A program made the position numbers and the translations under genes. Below the pieces are notes generated by a model. That model had not been told where the DNA came from. It searched no databases and was given only the letters and a program-made list of their open reading frames with translations. DNA of 51,895 bases. Source: Octopus bimaculoides (taxonomy: Eukaryota). Shown one piece after another: positions 49,144 through 51,895 of this stretch (its first letter is position 1; each line of letters begins with the position of its first letter). The stretch is from contig NC_068997.1 of assembly GCF_001194135.2 (NCBI RefSeq), positions 22,622,841 through 22,674,735 on the forward strand, in the 5' to 3' direction.

Positions 49144-49507
49144 CTATATAGTATGAATCATGTATCTTTGTGTACGACTGCGTAGAAAGCAAATGGAAGC
49201 GGTAAGGAGGAGGAAGTAGTAATTCACCAATAAGAAAGTTGAAAGGAAATTAGAAGGTGGAAGGTGAGATAGTAAACATGGAATAATGGAAGGAAATGGA
49301 GTAAACGGAAATATATGAATGAATATTATAGAATTATGGAAGTAAAAAGGAAGTACAAAAGGAAGGAGGATAGAAGATAGGACTTTAGTAGAGTGGGAAG
49401 GTAGTGGAAGAAATAAACGTGGGAAAGAGATATAGAGAGAGAAACGGTAGGAAGGAAGATGATATTAAATGAATCAAAGGTTTTGACTATATCTCGAATG
49501 AGTATAT

Positions 49508-49954
49508 TCTTTTCTCCTCTTGCCACAAGGCTCGAAATTTTGGGGAAGGGATTTAGTCGATTAGATCGATCCCAGTACGCAACTGGTACTTAATTTATCA
49601 ACCCCGAGAGGATGAAGGTCAGAGTCAACTTCGTCGGAATTTGAACTCAGAACGTAAAGACAGACGAAATACTGCTAAGTATTTAGCCCGGCGTGCTAAT
49701 GATTCTGCCAGTTCACCGTAATAATACTTACAACTATTCTTTTCTACTCTAGGCACAAGACCCGAAATTTTGGAGGAGGGGGCTAGTCGATTAAATCGAT
49801 ACCAGTACGCAACTGGTACTTAATTTATTGACCCCGAAAGGATGAAAGGCAAAGTCGACACCTTGGCGGAATTTGAACTCAGAACGTAGCGATAGACGAA
49901 ATACTATTAAGCATTTCGCCTGGATTGCTAACGTTTCTGCCAGCTCGCTGCCTT
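49508..49954 (-). mobile_element. Two tandem family A SINEs (49508-49718 and 49738-49954)
   Basis: Both contain cagtacgcaactggtacttaattt...ggaatttgaactcagaacgta...ctgccag. Confidence 0.93.
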
Positions 49955-50086
49955 TCATATGAGTATTTTCAATAAAGAGATGTAGCATTAATTACATGCA
50001 CACACATATGTATACTTGTATACGTACCTACATATATAGATATACATACACATGCATATATCTCTTCTTCTCTCTTTCTTTCTTTC

Positions 50087-50148
<62 letters not shown>

Positions 50149-50316
50149 CACATATGCACACACACACACGCACACACAAACGAGCACAAACATATGAGCT
50201 CACATATATGTAGTTCCTATGAAACGTGCAATTAGCAAGTACAATGATAGAAACAAGGAAAGACAGAGATAGAGAGGGAGTCGGAGAGATACAGAATGAC
50301 TGAGACAAAGAGAGAG

Positions 50317-50379
<63 letters not shown>

Positions 50380-51146
50380 AAGAGAAAGGCAGACTCAAAA
50401 CATTATTCTTTATGGTAGAACTCATGATGCTGCCCCAAGATGGCCACACACCAGATGGCTGGAACCAGTAAGAAGTGNNNNNNNNNNNNNNNNNNNNNNN
50501 NNNNNNNNNNNNNNNNNNNNNNNNNNNNNNNNNNNNNNNNNNNNNNNNNNNNNNNNNNNNNNNNNNNNNNNNNNNNNNNNNNNNNNNNNNNNNNNNNNNN
50601 NNNNNNNNNNNNNNNNNNNNNNNNNNNNNNNNNNNNNNNNNNNNNNNNNNNNNNNNNNNNNNNNNNNNNNNNNNNNNNNNNNNNNNNNNNNNNNNNNNNN
50701 NNNNNNNNNNNNNNNNNNNNNNNNNNNNNNNNNNNNNNNNNNNNNNNNNNNNNNNNNNNNNNNNNNNNNNNNNNNNNNNNNNNNNNNNNNNNNNNNNNNN
50801 NNNNNNNNNNNNNNNNNNNNNNNNNNNNNNNNNNNNNNNNNNNNNNNNNNNNNNNNNNNNNNNNNNNNNNNNNNNNNNNNNNNNNNNNNNNNNNNNNNNN
50901 NNNNNNNNNNNNNNNNNNNNNNNNNNNNNNNNNNNNNNNNNNNNNNAAGCAAGAATTTCCAACTGTTTTGCTTATTTGATTTACGGTTATACAAACAATC
51001 AGTTATTCTTCCGCTCTTGTATAAACATAGGATCGGTTTCAAGTTTGGAGTTTAGCACCCGGCATGTATTTGTCTGTTTATCTATTATTTTTTTTTTATT
51101 TCCTTGTATTTATTTTAAGTATATTTCTCTTTCTTTCAATTATGGG

Positions 51147-51185
<39 letters not shown>

Positions 51186-51699
51186 TATGTATATGTTTTG
51201 TCGGAGAAATTTGTTTTAGTGAAGGAGGTACAAAGTGATATGAAAATAGTTCTTTTGGTGGATTTTGTATACGATACGAGGGAGGTATATATATATATAT
51301 ATATATACATACATACATGTGTGTGTGTGTTTGTGTGTGTGTGTATACAGACATACATATGCAAATAACGCATACAGAGACACATTAACGAGCATGAATG
51401 CATGAAAGCATTTGCGCACTTGATACCACACGCGCAGCCTATATCATTGCTCGCAAATACACCCCTCCAGCACATACATACACACATGCACACATTCGTA
51501 TGTTCATATATTCCCACATCATTATAGTCCCATACATACATATATATGCGTGTATATATATATGTGTGTGTGTGTGTGTATCTGTACAGACTTCTCTCTC
51601 TTGCTTGTAGCAATCGAACACGGACTATATTGAACACTTATACATTCAAGGCCATTTTTAGTCGATCAAACTCCCTATGCAGTTATGTAATTGTCCCTA

Positions 51700-51895
51700 T
51701 CTCTTACCTATTTTATAGAACTATATTTATTAATAAAACAATTGCAGCGTGGAAGGTGTTTATAAGTCATTTAAAATAACACACAAAATCCGTTAGATTC
51801 ACTTCAACATTTAAATTTAATTTGTCAAAATATTTTCGTCGCTTTGAGACCGCGACCTGTTCACTGACAGCACAGAATTTTGTCAGTGAACAGGT
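51700..51895. mobile_element. Left arm and centre of a palindromic (foldback) MITE-like element; right arm probably continues outside the window
   Basis: Perfect 15-bp inverted repeat acctgttcactgaca (51855-51869) / tgtcagtgaacaggt (51881-51895) reaching the window edge. The left boundary is estimated from my recollection of a recurrent octopus repeat. Confidence 0.6.

Noticed and set aside
5229-51368. Long ORFs in the track that contain X runs or HT/CV/YI/SL/ER dipeptides
   Set aside because: They arise from N gaps and dinucleotide microsatellites, which lack stop codons.

Overview
AT-rich, microsatellite-dense eukaryotic DNA with 18 N-gaps (about 6.7 kb), most of them flanked by simple repeats. 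The repeat families look like those of a coleoid cephalopod, probably Octopus (inferred from the SINE/LINE content, not from a database search). No intact protein-coding gene, rRNA, tRNA gene or CRISPR array is visible; the window is intronic or intergenic. It contains decayed R4/Dong-type LINE pieces (three different 3' ends and one duplicated 5' part), a degenerate R2-like LINE, a CR1-like scrap, two Tc1 fragments (one with DD36E spacing), a mariner 3' end, an internally deleted pogo, a palindromic MITE at the right edge, and about 30 tRNA-derived SINE copies or fragments in several families. Best leads, all needing verification: (1) candidate minus-strand micro-exons at 34.2-35.2 kb that splice into a sushi/CCP-like peptide; (2) two Penelope/retrozyme-type minimal hammerhead-like motifs, one inside a 355-bp-period direct repeat; (3) a Dong duplication with asymmetric divergence; (4) the DD36E Tc1; (5) close inverted SINE pairs that could be ADAR substrates; (6) a possible promoter and first exon at 47.2-47.7 kb.
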